37,430 nucleotides of DNA, taken from NCBI RefSeq assembly GCF_001194135.2, contig NC_068982.1, forward strand, positions 100,408,081 through 100,445,510, in the 5' to 3' direction. The notes below the pieces were generated by a model. That model made no database searches. It had not been told where the DNA came from and saw nothing but the letters and a program-made list of their open reading frames with translations. Made by a program: the position numbers and the translations under genes. This stretch comes from Octopus bimaculoides. Taxonomy: Eukaryota. Numbering within the stretch: the first letter of the stretch is position 1; each line of letters begins with the position of its first letter. Positions 1 through 13,179 of this stretch are shown here, in pieces.

Positions 1-47
<47 letters not shown>

Positions 48-59
48 ATACTTACATGG

Positions 60-410
60 AGAGAGTGACTGTTCAAACAGATACAAAATATCAGTGGTAA
101 AATCGTTATTTAGAAAAGCATTTTGATTCTCCTCCACAAACAAAACAGATAAAGAATTTCCAAAATAAAACAAATAGTAATCAACAACCAATATTCTAAC
201 GAACTGGAGAACAAGCCATAAAACGACACAATAAGAAATGCAACACATGAAAATCAGCAGACACCACATCCATTAACAATACAGAAACCACGAATAAAGT
301 GTATTATATGAATCTAGTGAATACTAACTGGAAGAAATGAACGTATAAAAATCTCGTAAAGCAGACACAAAATGCATTACACAAAACCATAAATTAATAC
401 TAATAATATG
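60..410 (+). mobile_element. Degenerate Penelope-like element fragment (RT-to-GIY-YIG linker)
   Basis: Broken translation RYLEKHFDSPPQTKQIKNF...AIKRHNKK resembles the PLE motif LIxKHFP...IFN...IIxxHNKKIL. Confidence 0.45.
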
Positions 411-599
411 CTACAAATACATGAAATTTAAAATTCATCATATCAATAATGGACCACTGGTAGTAAAATCGAGAACGAGCCATGAATGGTCAATGTTATA
501 TATGAATTGTAAATGTGAAAGTTGCGAAATTCACAAGTCTAACAACATTTATGTTGGTCGTAAAAATATGACGCTCATCCATTCGATTTACTATGTACT

Positions 600-656
<57 letters not shown>

Positions 657-1111
657 TATGACGCGAAACTAAACTGGATAGCAAAACATTAGCAGACAAC
701 GCACGCACGCACACANNNNNNNNNNNNNNNNNNNNNNNNNNNNNNNNNNNNNNNNNNNNNNNNNNNNNNNNNNNNNNNNNNNNNNNNNNNNNNNNNNNNN
801 NNNNNNNNNNNNNNNNNNNNNNNNNNNNNNNNNNNNNNNNNNNNNNNNNNNNNNNNNNNNNNNNNNNNNNNNNNNNNNNNNNNNNNNNNNNNNNNNNNNN
901 NNNNNNNNNNNNNNNNNNNNNNNNNNNNNNNNNNNNNNNNNNNNNNNNNNNNNNNNNNNNNNNNNNNNNNNNNNNNNNNNNNNNNNNNNNNNNNNNNNNN
1001 NNNNNNNNNNNNNNNNNNNNNNNNNNNAAATTAATGATATAGGCAATTTTCATTACACAGTACAATGCTAAAACTAGCGCACAGATAACATTGGGTCACA
1101 CACAAAAATAA

Positions 1112-1167
1112 CATATCACTGATGACGCATAGATCCAACTACGGAAATTCAAATTGAAACGGTAATG
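1112..1167 (+). ncRNA. Degenerate type I hammerhead-ribozyme-like motif (probable PLE pseudo-LTR)
   Basis: CTGATGA (1119-1125), stem II CG(CA)TAG/CTACG, GAAA (1144-1147), stem III TTC/GAA; the cleavage site reads AC instead of UH, and stem I is partial. Confidence 0.45.
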
Positions 1168-1364
1168 CTTGTGCAAATGACATTGACAGTAACACATTGT
1201 AATACCATTCCATCCTGAAGTTGAGACTACAAAAGCTTAGAAATGTTGATAATGTAAATATATTGTTTCTCACCAACGACATAAAAAACTTTACTGCCCA
1301 AACAAATTTCACAGAACACATGAAAATATGAAAAAAATCTTGATAAAGATAAATTCAGAACACA

Positions 1365-2070
1365 GTCGTTTTCCTTGAACGCATCGAGCAGAGATATTGC
1401 ATCAAGTTTTGCTAAAAGCTTGGTGGTATTTAAATACAGACTATACAGAAGATTCAGCAGGACTTTGGTGATGAGGTCATGGACAAAAGTCCGATCAAGA
1501 AGTAGTACAACCGCTTCAAACATGGCCGCACCTAAGTGGAAAGCGAGACACGATCAAGCAGACCATCCACAAGCTGAAACGATGAGCCGATTGAGAAGGT
1601 TCGGCGAATAGTCACGGAAGACTGTCGTGTAACAATCCAGCAAATTGTTCAGGAAGTGGGAATAAGCACAAGATCAGTGCACTCTAGTGCATTCTATTTT
1701 AATGGAAAATTTGTGCATGCGGAGAGTGTCGGCGAAATTCGTCCCCAAATTACTGGCAGAGCAGCAGAGGCAACTCCGCATGGATATCGCCCAGGACATG
1801 TTGGACTGTGCAAATCAGGACCCAGACTTTATTGGTGATGAGACATGGATTTATCCTCTCAGCGCCATATATTCGGTCATCTTGCTTGAACACGAAAATC
1901 CGCCGAGCACGCACTACACGTCTCTACTTTAGGCATAACAGCGGGAACTGACGCGGTTTACCTGTGCGAAAATTTTCACGCATACGCTAGAAGGGTGGCG
2001 TCACCTCTCACTTAAAGGATTTTGCCCACGCGGCTTTATTTTTGGCGGATACTTTTTGGACGCACCTCCT
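1365..2070 (+). mobile_element. Internally deleted mariner-family transposon
   Basis: Broken transposase IEQRYCIKF...RFKHGR...SVHSILMENLCMRRVSAKFVPKLL...GDETWIY (first catalytic D); right end ATACTTTTTGGACGCACCTC is mariner-TIR-like. Confidence 0.85.
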
Positions 2071-2138
2071 ACACACAAATGTATAATTATCTGTACTTGC
2101 ATGCATATAATCATATATGCTTATGTACTACATACATA

Positions 2139-2172
<34 letters not shown>

Positions 2173-2182
2173 NNNNNNNNNN

Positions 2183-2221
<39 letters not shown>

Positions 2222-2378
2222 ATGTATACATGTATGTGTGTGTGTTCACAGTTTAGAACTAGTCACAGAAGAATATAATTTTATACACACATGTACACGC
2301 ACACACACACATACACACACATACGCACACACACGCATATACCCATGTTTATATGTGCACATAGTGAATACTGTTGGA

Positions 2379-2428
2379 TTACTTCTGTTTCGTAACTACC
2401 AAGTTCGAAGGGATACTCAGTAGTGTTT
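2379..2428 (-). CDS. Possible terminal coding exon (ETLLSIPSNLVVTKQK*)
   Basis: AAAACTTTCAG| acceptor, phase-1 compatible with the donor at 3619, stop at 2379-2381. Alternatives are not excluded. Confidence 0.3.
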
Positions 2429-2833
2429 CTGAAAGTTTTTAAAACCCAATCTCAAACGATTAAAACTCGGTCGTATTAGTGCAACAAAATGCTGAAAACC
2501 TTCTTTCGAATTTCTTCCAAGCATTCGATTACACAACACCTTGCTAAGATATAAAATTACGTATATTTGCATTGTATTTAGTTAAATTCAATAAAGTCTA
2601 TTGAAAAAACGAATTTATATGAGATTATATTTAGAATTTCGATTATTTTGAATGAGACACGCCTTTGAGAAACAACGAATGTTTCAGTGACACAGAAAAC
2701 GGTAAAACGAAAATGAGTTTTTAAAAAAATCAATTTATTGATGGTCGGTAAGAAATGAATGTTTATCAATATAAATATATTTGCTGTACACTCAGTCACG
2801 TAAACCAGAATGCGTAAATATGTATAAGTATGT

Positions 2834-2868
<35 letters not shown>

Positions 2869-2869
<1 letters not shown>

Positions 2870-3084
2870 GGGGGGGGGCTGAAAAATTCATGGTTTTGGG
2901 TAAAAGAAAATACAGGAGGATCAGTTATTTATGATTTCATTCAACATATTCCCCTCTCTAATTCATACACTTATCGCAGCGGTCCTTCAGTTTTTCTAAG
3001 CCCTGTAAAAAAGCTCGGAAGGTTGGGCGTCCAGCCTGGCCTTTCATGATAGCCTTAAAGCCAGGAACTTTTCAATACTTCCTC
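2869..3084. mobile_element. Mariner-derived MITE
   Basis: Imperfect TIRs GGGGCTGAAAAATTCATGGTTTT and AAAGCCAGGAACTTTTCAATACTTCCTC around a ~215 bp non-coding body. Confidence 0.65.
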
Positions 3085-3618
3085 AAACATTCACACGCAT
3101 GGGTGAGTTGTGCATTACTAAAACATAGTATGCTTTCAGTACTGCTTCAAAATCAAGCTTCCAATTTCGGCAAAGGGTAGAAAACATAAGAATTTGTTAG
3201 GAGTTTGACTTAAATATAGCAGTTCCTACCAAGCAAACTAAGGCAATATTTTGGATAATACTTTACACCTCAAGATATGAAAGTATTACCCCACTAAAAA
3301 AAAACTAAAAAATTAATGAGGAATTCCAACAAGAGGACGAAATTTCAATTATAGCATATTGGCCTATATAAATTCATAAAAGAAAAGAATGTGAAATTTT
3401 CACGTTGGTGTATTTTAGAGACATATGAGAGTTAAAGTGATTCTGAATAGAAAGCTTGTCTTGGGGTCGATTCGGTAAGAACTTTCACTGCAACGTTTAA
3501 CATCTCAAAGATATTGTGAAATGTTTCATAGCTATATATAGTACGAATGTAACACATGCAAATGTATATTTCATGTAGATCGCAAATCAAAGAAATATAC
3601 CAAATGATAGCGTTTTAC

Positions 3619-3754
3619 CTGCCGGAGGCTTCACGGGGCGTTCGTGTTCGGGTTTTGCGGTTCTTACAATTGGTTGACTCAGTCTGTCGAAAAATTCTTT
3701 CTTGGCAGCTATTGCTGCTGCTTTGTCTCCGGTTGAAGATTCTTTCTTCTTTTG
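3619..3754 (-). CDS. Internal exon of the unidentified gene (QKKKESSTGDKAAAIAAKKEFFDRLSQPIVRTAKPEHERPVKPPA)
   Basis: Acceptor TATCTATTACAG|C, donor CAG|GTAAAA; 136 nt, phase 0 to phase 1; lies within ORF 3587-3835(-). Confidence 0.75.
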
Positions 3755-3804
3755 CTGTAATAGATACGAAGAACTCTCACAAACCGACGAGGGAATCTTT
3801 AAGT

Positions 3805-4005
3805 GGTCGCTCAGCCTTTTAGAAATAGCAACCAAATTTCCTTCAGATTATACGCTGCCGTCTTAAAGCGGGAGAGACACACTGGATAATATAGTCTTAA
3901 ATACGTAATACCTCAGAATAGATGGGAAGGCCATGTCTGGAGCGGTTTTGATTGTAAGCCTTCTCAGTCAGTGTTACATGGTAAGTCCCTGAGTTAAACA
4001 ACAAT
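3805..4005 (-). repeat. Dispersed non-coding repeat; related copies near 4120-4265 and 28590-28770
   Basis: Shared motif (T)GTGATTTGA(A/G)GGA(A/G)ATTTGG(C/T)TG(C/T)TATTTCTA in several places. Confidence 0.5.
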
Positions 4006-4509
4006 AATAACAACACCAATATGAACAACAATGACTTAGACGTATTCTAAATGTTTCCATGACATTTATGTCGGTGCTGATTATTAACTTGTTTATGTTT
4101 TACCAGACTGGCTGTTTTAGTTTACCTCCAAGTTAGACCTAATCGAGTTGGTCTATGATTAAAAGCGGTAACAGCTCTGTATTTTTTATATTTTCTATGC
4201 AATCTTTTTTTGATACGATTTGATATAATTTGAAGGAAATTTGGCTGTTGTTTCTAACAAGTTAAGAGATTATGCTGTGAATCCAAGTTACTCAGGATGA
4301 TAAGTGAGGCCAATGAAACTAATATTAATAGAGATAAAAATGAAATAAAAATTTTTTATTTTATTTTAGGAAGAGACAAAAATGTATAGGTTAAGATTGC
4401 TAGATGGTGCAACTGATTGGGAGACAGGCAGAGAGATAAAAATGAAAATATTCTTCGAAATATCAGGTACTCTTCTTCCTACGACAAACGAACCTCAAAA
4501 AGCTTTCAT

Positions 4510-4559
<50 letters not shown>

Positions 4560-5440
4560 GACATATTTTATTTAAGACATTTTTACCTTGTTCGTCTCAA
4601 TTTTTTTAGTTTAAAATATATTAAATAAATAAATAAAAATATACAAATATCAAAATATCAAAATTTCAAAATATAAAACATTTATTTATATCTTGTAATG
4701 AGTCCTTCAAAGAAATCTTCTTTGATTGAACNNNNNNNNNNNNNNNNNNNNNNNNNNNNNNNNNNNNNNNNNNNNNNNNNNNNNNNNNNNNNNNNNNNNN
4801 NNNNNNNNNNNNNNNNNNNNNNNNNNNNNNNNNNNNNNNNNNNNNNNNNNNNNNNNNNNNNNNNNNNNNNNNNNNNNNNNNNNNNNNNNNNNNNNNNNNN
4901 NNNNNNNNNNNNNNNNNNNNNNNNNNNNNNNNNNNNNNNNNNNNNNNNNNNNNNNNNNNNNNNNNNNNNNNNNNNNNNNNNNNNNNNNNNNNNNNNNNNN
5001 NNNNNNNNNNNNNNNNNNNNNNNNNNNNNNNNNNNNNNNNNNNNNNNNNNNNNNNNNNNNNNNNNNNNNNNNNNNNNNNNNNNNNNNNNNNNNNNNNNNN
5101 NNNNNNNNNNNNNNNNNNNNNNNNNNNNNNNNNNNNNNNNNNNNNNNNNNNNNNNNNNNNNNNNNNNNNNNNNNNNNNNNNNNNNNNNNNNNNNNNNNNN
5201 NNNNNNNNNNNNNNNNNNNNNNNNNNNNNNNNNNNNNNNNNNNNNNNNNNNNNNNNNNNNNNNNNNNNNNNNNNNNNNNNNNNNNNNNNNNNNNNNNNNN
5301 NNNNNNNNNNNNNNNNNNNNNNNNNNNNNNNNNNNNNNNNNNNNNNNNNNNNNNNNNNNNNNNNNNNNNNNNNNNNNNNNNNNNNNNNNNNNNNNNNNNN
5401 NNNNNNNNNNNNNNNNNNNNNNNNNNNNNNNNNNNNNNNN

Positions 5441-5636
5441 CCCAACATCGCTTGACAACCGATGCTGGTGTGTTTATGTCCCCGTAACTTAGCGGTTCGG
5501 CAAAAGAGACCGATAGAATAAGTACTAGGCTTACAAAGAATAAGTCCTGGGGTCGATCTGCTCGACTAAAAGGCGGTGCTCCACCATGGCCACAGTCAAA
5601 TGACTGAAACAAGTAAAAGAGTAAAAGAGTAAAAGA
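5441..5636 (+). mobile_element. SINE family B, 3' half (head probably in the gap)
   Basis: CGCTTGACAACCGATGCTGG...GGCGGTGCTCCACCATGGCCACAGTCAAATGACTGAAACAAGTAAAAGAG, homologous to 21090-21305 and 28115-28335. Confidence 0.85.
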
Positions 5637-5747
5637 ATATATATACATATACATATATATACATATGTGTGTGTATGTGTATATGTGTGTATGTGTGTTT
5701 GTGTATTTGTTGTATATATGTGTATGCATACACACAAGTGTACCCAC

Positions 5748-5907
5748 CTCTTTTAATGCTTGCAAATATGGGTGTTTCCCGTCCATAATGTTGCGTGTGC
5801 CCACATATGACGCTCCGACAAAAGGGGGAATATGTGGTGTTTTGTTCAGTTTTTTCTTTTGATTATCTTCATTATTTGATTTGCATCTTTCATTTATTTC
5901 AGCAACC
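5748..5907 (-). CDS. Internal exon of the unidentified gene (VAEINERCKSNNEDNQKKKLNKTPHIPPFVGASYVGTRNIMDGKHPYLQALKE)
   Basis: Acceptor CTTTCAATTTAG|G, donor GAG|GTGGGT; 160 nt open, phase 2 to phase 0; non-repetitive sequence between repeats. Confidence 0.7.
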
Positions 5908-6344
5908 CTAAATTGAAAGGATGATAGACAGGCAAATAGATATATTGTTTAAATACATATAGATATATAAATTGCAAGATAGAAAGTTATGTAGATGGAT
6001 TAATTATTTGACATAATTTGACATTTGTGAAATAGCTAGATATATTACTTCTTGTATATGAAGATATTTATACAAATAAAGTAATGGACAGTGAAGATGG
6101 ATAGATATTCAGAAAGACAGGCAGAAAGACGGACAGACAGACAGACAAGCAGATAGATAGATAGATAAATAGACAAATAAAATAGAATGACGAAGTTATC
6201 GATAGACTTGTTATATAGGTTATATAGATTGAAAGTTATACAGATAAGTAATTCGTTTGACATAAGTGAAGTAGATAGATACATAACTTCATGAATAAAT
6301 AGATATTGATTTGAATAGATGGCCTGTCCGGCATTCGCCATGAT

Positions 6345-6540
6345 AGATCGCTGACCACTACATTTATATTTTTTTTCTACTTGTTTCTCTCCTTATTTCT
6401 GTCTGTGTTCCTTTCAGTTGAAGAGCGTAGCTCGAAACGTCAAAGACTTTCTCTATTCCCGAGCGTTAAACTAATACATCCATTTGTTGTTTACACCACC
6501 TGTCTTCGTCTGTTGTTTTTTTCGTAAATTCTCCCATATA
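6345..6540 (+). mobile_element. PLE pseudo-LTR-like repeat carrying a hammerhead-like motif at 6411-6445
   Basis: CTTT-CAGTTGA-A-GAGC-GTA-GCTC-GAAAC-GTC-AAAG; homologous to the reverse complement of 19080-19160. Confidence 0.6.
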
Positions 6541-6910
6541 TACATACACATATACATAAAAGAGGAATGAATGTAAAAATACATTACGCAGGTTATATTG
6601 TAAACAATTCAAAATTATTTACGAATATATCAGTGGCCAGAAAATGCAATCAAAAAAGTTTTTCGTAAAAGAAGAGTGTACACAGTTATAACGGAAAGGG
6701 TTATAAAAATCCTTACATGTCTAGAAATAGCAGTCAAAACTGCTATAAAGCCAAGCCACTATAAACGCTCATATTATATCTCCTCGACAGTAAAAGCTGC
6801 TGGCGAGCGATATGACATAAAAATTCAAAATTCAAAAATAAAAATAAGAGGTTATATATAAGTCTGTAGATATATAGATGTAGAGATAAATAGACTGGTT
6901 TAATTGACAG

Positions 6911-6943
<33 letters not shown>

Positions 6944-7536
6944 NNNNNNNNNNGAGTGTTTGAAATATAGAAGTATTTTTGATACTACGATGTATGAAAC
7001 ATGTTGAATAAATATTTATATAAATAAATCGACAGATAAGATAGACAGCTTGAGGTTTAGAAATGCCGATAGACTAATAAATAAAATGGATTGATCGAGT
7101 GATATAGTGGTTAAATAGATAGATATATAAGTTGCTAGATAGGAATATATGTAAATAAACAGATCAATTGTTTTGGAATATATAGAAACAATTTTGCGAA
7201 ATAGTTAGCAACATGATTTCATAAACGGACAGATATTAATGTAGCTAACTCGCTAGATACAACGATGAGAAGTTTAGATTGCCTTTAAAAGACACATGGA
7301 TTTATAGGTAGTAAGCCAAAGAAACTTATGTTGTTCTGCGTGATTAATATTTTATACAAATAACTCAAATACAGGAAAGAGCACGTTTAAAGCTGTAAGG
7401 AAGAGAGTCTAATATTATAGGGCAGAGCAACATTTCGGAAAGAGATGAAATGACAATAGGTATTAGAGAGTAAAGGCTCACTAGTTGATTGGTGATAAAT
7501 GGTTGATTTGGAGCAGACAGAGGTAGACTGTTAAAT

Positions 7537-7595
<59 letters not shown>

Positions 7596-9040
7596 TTTTA
7601 TCATCAAGCATGTAATTTGAAAAACACTTAACCTTGGAAAATCTTAAACTTTTAGCTCAACGTAATGAATATTTGAGATCGTCATTGACAGAAACTACCA
7701 CATGAGAGATTTTTAGAAATTTTAGGAATTCACCCGCCTTCTAAAATTTCCTAAACAGGGTGTAAAACCGAACATTTTTAGATTGTTAAAGTCAACTACA
7801 TTTCTTGAACCCATAAAAACACTCACCGGTCATGTTTGTATTAGAAGATAACTATAATTTTGTATAATTTGCAAACAATATCAAATTTTTAAAAAATTAC
7901 ATTTTGCATGTATCTCATATTAATTAGAAGCAGTATTGGCCTAATTAGGTTGCCTTGTGGAATTTCAGGTGTAATTGGCACTAGACTAGGGGAACAATCT
8001 TAAATGGAAATATATTGAACCACGCTAAAAGTTTACCGTCAACTCCTGGTGATTTATAGGTTTTTGAAAAATAACTTTGGGTGGGATACGCTGTGAACGG
8101 GTTTGCCAAATCCAAATAAATAACACAAATATTGGAACCCTAATTAGTAACAGGGATCTATTCGTTATAACATAATAAAAAGTTGCGATACTGTAGTCCT
8201 TTTATTCATAAAGTCATCCTGAGGTTGAAAAATTAACTTCTCTCAATGTTTGTATTCAACCAAATTCTCTCATCGGTTATTTTATTCATGGACATGAACA
8301 AGCCAGAAAAAGCGATAGATTGGCAGATTCGTTAAAATGTTGGACAGATTGCTTTACAATATTTAGTTATAGTTCTTTACATTCTAAGTTCACATCTCAC
8401 CGAGATCAACATTTGCTTTCATTCCTCCGGGTCGATAAAATAAAATAACTGTCGAGTTATGGGATCGATGATACAGACTCTAAATTTTCAGATCTTGTAT
8501 CTGTTAGAAGCAATTTTAAACTGAATCTGACAAGTCTGTTTTTCGTGAATCGGATTTACTTTCGAAATATTCTACCTACCATTATTTTACTAATTTGAGA
8601 AATTATTCTATACATATTAGTTAATGATTCATCAATATGACATGCAATATTTTTTTAAGAAAGGTTTGAAGAGTATCACCAATTCCAGCTGCAAATTTTA
8701 AAATGTATTTTCAGAATATGTTCGTATACAGTACTGAAAGGCATCACTTATTGTTATATCGTTAGCGTGATCAACAAAATAAAATCCATTATCAGAAATA
8801 AAATCAGTAAAAAAAACAAAAAAAAACAAACAAACAAACAAAAAACTTCAGCTCCTCTCAATAAATCCACCAAAATTCAGTTTGGAAACCAAATAAAATA
8901 TTTTTTTTTATTATAAAGTTAAATGTGATCTGTTATATTTCAGAAATAATTTATAGAATTTGACTCCAAAATATATTTTCCAGTTCTAGAATTACTTTTG
9001 TGTTAAAGGGTGCGTGATTCTGTAGTCACTCAATTTCCTT

Positions 9041-9370
<330 letters not shown>

Positions 9371-10479
9371 CTAAATTAAAAAAAAAGATTAAATAAATTG
9401 AATAAACCCTTTTGAATATTTCTGAAGAAAATATTTTTGCGCTTCTGAAGTAAAAATAATGATCATGAAAACCACGTAAACGAAAATGATCGGAAATGAC
9501 AAATGGTTAAGAAATGGATAATTCTAAAAACGAGATGCCGCGCGTTTACTAAAACTAGATCTAAAATAATACATCGATATGAACAAGACTTGGAATAAGC
9601 TGCTCGAAACCATTACTTAACTTAAAGAAATAAAAACAGAACTTTTGTGCTTGTGTATTTCGAAAATCTCATCACAAACCAAGTGAGTTAAATCACCCAT
9701 AATAACGTTTGGTACATTTTATTGACACTTATTATCAATATTTCAGAAAATTCTTTCAATAACATTGTGTATATTCTTAACAGGAGATCTATAGTATAGA
9801 CTTATTTTTATATGCATTTGGTTTGTTTACTTTAAATACCGAGTATTTAAGTTAACTTCAAAATAAATACTTCATAAAAAAAACTGTCGATACCTTTTGA
9901 GTGTCAGTAATTAAAATGATTAGAAAAAAAAAAAAAAATTCCTCGATTCACATCCCATCTGTCTTATCTGATTACACAATGTGTCAATAGTTGAATTGTT
10001 AATACATTCAGAAATCGAGGATTACGTGATTGACTTAGAATTTGTATTTCACTGAAAGATTAAACTTGGAAATTTATAATCAATGCTTCTAGAATTAAAA
10101 TAAATGATTCTAATAAAACAATGCCGCCCAAAATGTTGTTTGCTGTTAAATTATTTTTCAAATCCTAGTTTTCATATATGAGTTGATAAGAACGCCAGTT
10201 TTTACTGGACAGATAACAATTTCATAATTTCGAATAACAATCCTGTCACCACCACAGTGATGTGCTTTTAATTCTTTATCATTTTGTCGTTTTCAGAAAG
10301 CCATATCTTTATACACATAAAAGTTTCAAGCACGAATTTACAAAATCTATTTATGATGCATTAACAAAGAAAGTTTTCTTAAAATTTCAGGTAGATTGTG
10401 CCAATTATTATCAGAAAAATTACGTTTCTATAATGGGAAGATTACGCTGCGATGGAAAGCAGTCATAAAAACCAAGAGC

Positions 10480-11070
10480 AGTGGTCGAAATATTTAATTC
10501 ATCACACATTAATCACAAATAATTCGCAAGAACTCTACATGTTAATCATATATAACTCATCACATGCTAATCATATCAGAATTCGGCTTTTATCAATCAT
10601 AGAATCATTTTGTAATTTCAGACAATCCCTAATTCTTTTTTGCGTTCCATTTTTCAATAAGACCGTCAGTTTCTTCAAAATCAATTGAGCAGCAATTGAA
10701 GCCTTGTTTACTGTAGCTCTGTAATAGTAACCCGGGTCACCTCAAGAACAATTTCATGTCAGTTTGGAACAGCGGACCAAATGGGCCCAGATTTATGACC
10801 AGTCAAGTTCTCAGTATGCCTTTCCTAACCAATTAGTTTTTTTGGAACAAGCAAGAGCTATTTTCTTTTTAAAGTCAACAAAATTACGGATAAGTGCCAA
10901 AATGACCTTCCACCATGTCAAAGGATAGAGAGTAAACTCTGAGTTTGGTTTTTCAAAGTTCTCAGCTTTTACAAAAGACAACTCAAGAAAATCCAGTATT
11001 CACAAAACCAATACTGTACACAACTCCTCTTCTTTGATATCTGAATCAACTTCAACGCTTCCTTGCAAAC
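10480..11070 (-). mobile_element. Highly decayed Tc1-like transposase relic
   Basis: Scattered motifs in the expected order (VVFCKS, HGGRS, GPLFQTD, CRVLA...KY) with many stops and frameshifts. Confidence 0.4.
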
Positions 11071-11499
11071 GATGAATTTTATTTTATTATTAACACCATT
11101 TTTTATGCCAGCCATGTTCAGTCAGTCAGCCTGTGTCTTTCAACCGGTAAAAACTGTAATAAATTTGTATGCACACAGTAAGTGTGCTTTCTGCATAGGG
11201 TATCTATTATGCCCTTTGTGATAGTCGGAGCTGGTACAACTTTGACCATAAGTTTGAAATTTGTGTCGTCAGAGCTTATTTGGGGTTTAAACATCAACAA
11301 CATTAGACAAAAAACAAAAAAAAAAGAATATGTAGGAAACTTGTTAGAAACCAAGTTACTCGATATGCTAAGAATACAGAAAAAGAAGGAAGAGAAGAAG
11401 AACAACAACAACAAAGCAACAACAACAATAGCAACAACAACAACAACAATAACAGCAGCAGTAGCAGCAGTAATAATAACAACAAAAACGAGTCAACAA

Positions 11500-12005
11500 G
11501 GAGGCCTGTATGTGGTCGCTCGCTGCGTCAGAAACAGTAGCCAAATTTATTTGATATCATACCCTACCATATTAAAAATTGCAAGGGATTTATTGTATCA
11601 GGTAATCTTACTTATGCTGACGAAATAAACATGGCTGGGAAGCCTTTCTGCATAAAGCTTCAGATTCGGAGATACCTGGTGCAAAACAACAACTACAACA
11701 AAACATGTTGTAAAATATTCGACTTAGTCCTGAAAATAACTGCAAACGGGAAACTCCAAGACACAAAGTCTAACGCCCTCCTCCAAAAGATAAAGATAAG
11801 CAAAATCGCAACACATAAAGAAGCAAACATAAAATACCATGACATAAAAACTGGCCCTCACAGAAAAACAAACAAAAAACAAATAACAGAATGACAATAA
11901 GTGAAAAGCAAACAAACGAAAAACCTTGCCGTCAAAAATTCATGCGTCTGGTCATATAATCCAGAATATATTAAACAACCGCTACTACGACGATGACTAC
12001 GATAT
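11500..12005 (+). mobile_element. RTE-clade LINE 3' fragment (RT C-terminus and tail)
   Basis: Broken motifs TWLGSL (for RWLGHL) and LQTGN...PSSKR; ends in a short GAC/TAC repeat tail. Confidence 0.45.
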
Positions 12006-13179
12006 AAATTGATGGTATGATCAAGTGTTCCATAAGTTCCATTAATGTTCTGTTTCTTATGTTATAATATCTCTGTTTATACTTATCAAATGAAGTACTA
12101 CGCGTATTTATAAAGGTGATTAATGCACTTTACATGTCTCTCGAGATCTTCTCTTAGCTCGAATGTGCGTTTGTTATTTGCATAGATATGTCTGTGGATG
12201 TGTAAATATATATATATAGGCTTTTGCGATTATGTGGAAGGAAGAGGTAGAGAAAGAAGAAAGAAAGCCTTTCAATGTTTATCTCTGAGCACACTTTTTC
12301 TTTATGTGTAAGTGGTAGTGCACGTAGCAGCTGATCTGCATATATGTCACAGCTTGTGCGGGTGCAATTTTAAAAAGGAAGCGGGGTAATGTCCATGACT
12401 TTTGCGAAGTCAGTCACACTAAGGAAATTGATACAGCTAATGCGTGTGTACGAGCGTGTTTGCTTGTTTTGTTTGTTGGAGTTTGAAATTGTATCGTGGA
12501 TCATGTGACTGTCCCCTTGCCAGATTAAGAAGTATTGTGTGTTCCAATAACCCCACAAGCTATGCCGTGAAAGCACCAACAAACGGCTAATTACACTTCG
12601 AATTCAAAATTTCTGAAGACTAACATGCAATAATGATTAGTGCCGATGATTACACAGTGTAACACAATTTTTGTCCTTGAGTAGCAATCGTTATTTCCTA
12701 TTTGCTTATCCCTAGAGAGTATGAAAAATGACTAATATTTCCTTCAAACTTTGCTTCTGTTGCGTTTATTCAAACCCCCAAAGAATCCCTCTCAACATAT
12801 GGCTATGATACTCTCCCACTATTCCTGCTCATGATCGGATATGCACATATTGTACGCCACTAAGGAACATGGTAAAATGGTTAAGGTCAAACAACTGACA
12901 AGCAAATCCGTGGTATTGAGCAGATTATTTGCAATAACAGTATTTCTGCTTCAGAAACTCAGCGCTGAATTTATCTGACATGTAATGGAAAATAGGCCAG
13001 TTTCAAAACATTGATGGCCAGGTCGCAAAAACAAAGTTTGAAGGGAATAGTTGTTATTTCATTTTATTTCTAGATAGAAGCAAATAAGAAATAACACTTA
13101 CTCGCCAAAGAGAAATAAATAGATAAATAAATTCTGTTACAGTGTTATTCAGTTTTCCAACAACCAAATTTGTTTGTTC

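Noticed and set aside
56-209. Minus-strand open frame ending at a CAT|GTAAGT donor
   Set aside because: It is antisense to the PLE fragment and the donor abuts a (TA)n array, so it is probably coincidental.
1096-1214. Alternative phase-1 terminal exon (GWNGITMCYCQCHLHKH...)
   Set aside because: It overlaps the hammerhead-like repeat on the other strand, so it is more likely repeat-derived.
3933-4467. Apparent plus-strand exons MSGAVLIVSLLSQCYM (GTAAGT donor at 3981) and EETKMYRLRLLDGATDWETGREIKMKIFFEIS
   Set aside because: The first lies within a dispersed repeat on the opposite strand. The second has a weak donor and a local GAGATAAAAATGAAA duplication. No further compatible exons were found.
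8580-8688. Minus-strand segment with a good acceptor and an ATG|GTAGGT donor
   Set aside because: All three frames contain stops.
10297-10660. Plus-strand exon-like pieces KPYLYTHKSFKHEFTKSIYDALTKKVFLKFQ and TIPNSFLRSIFQ*
   Set aside because: They overlap or abut the antisense Tc1 relic in very AT-rich DNA where TTTCAG is common, with no upstream chain. Not excluded without RNA-seq.
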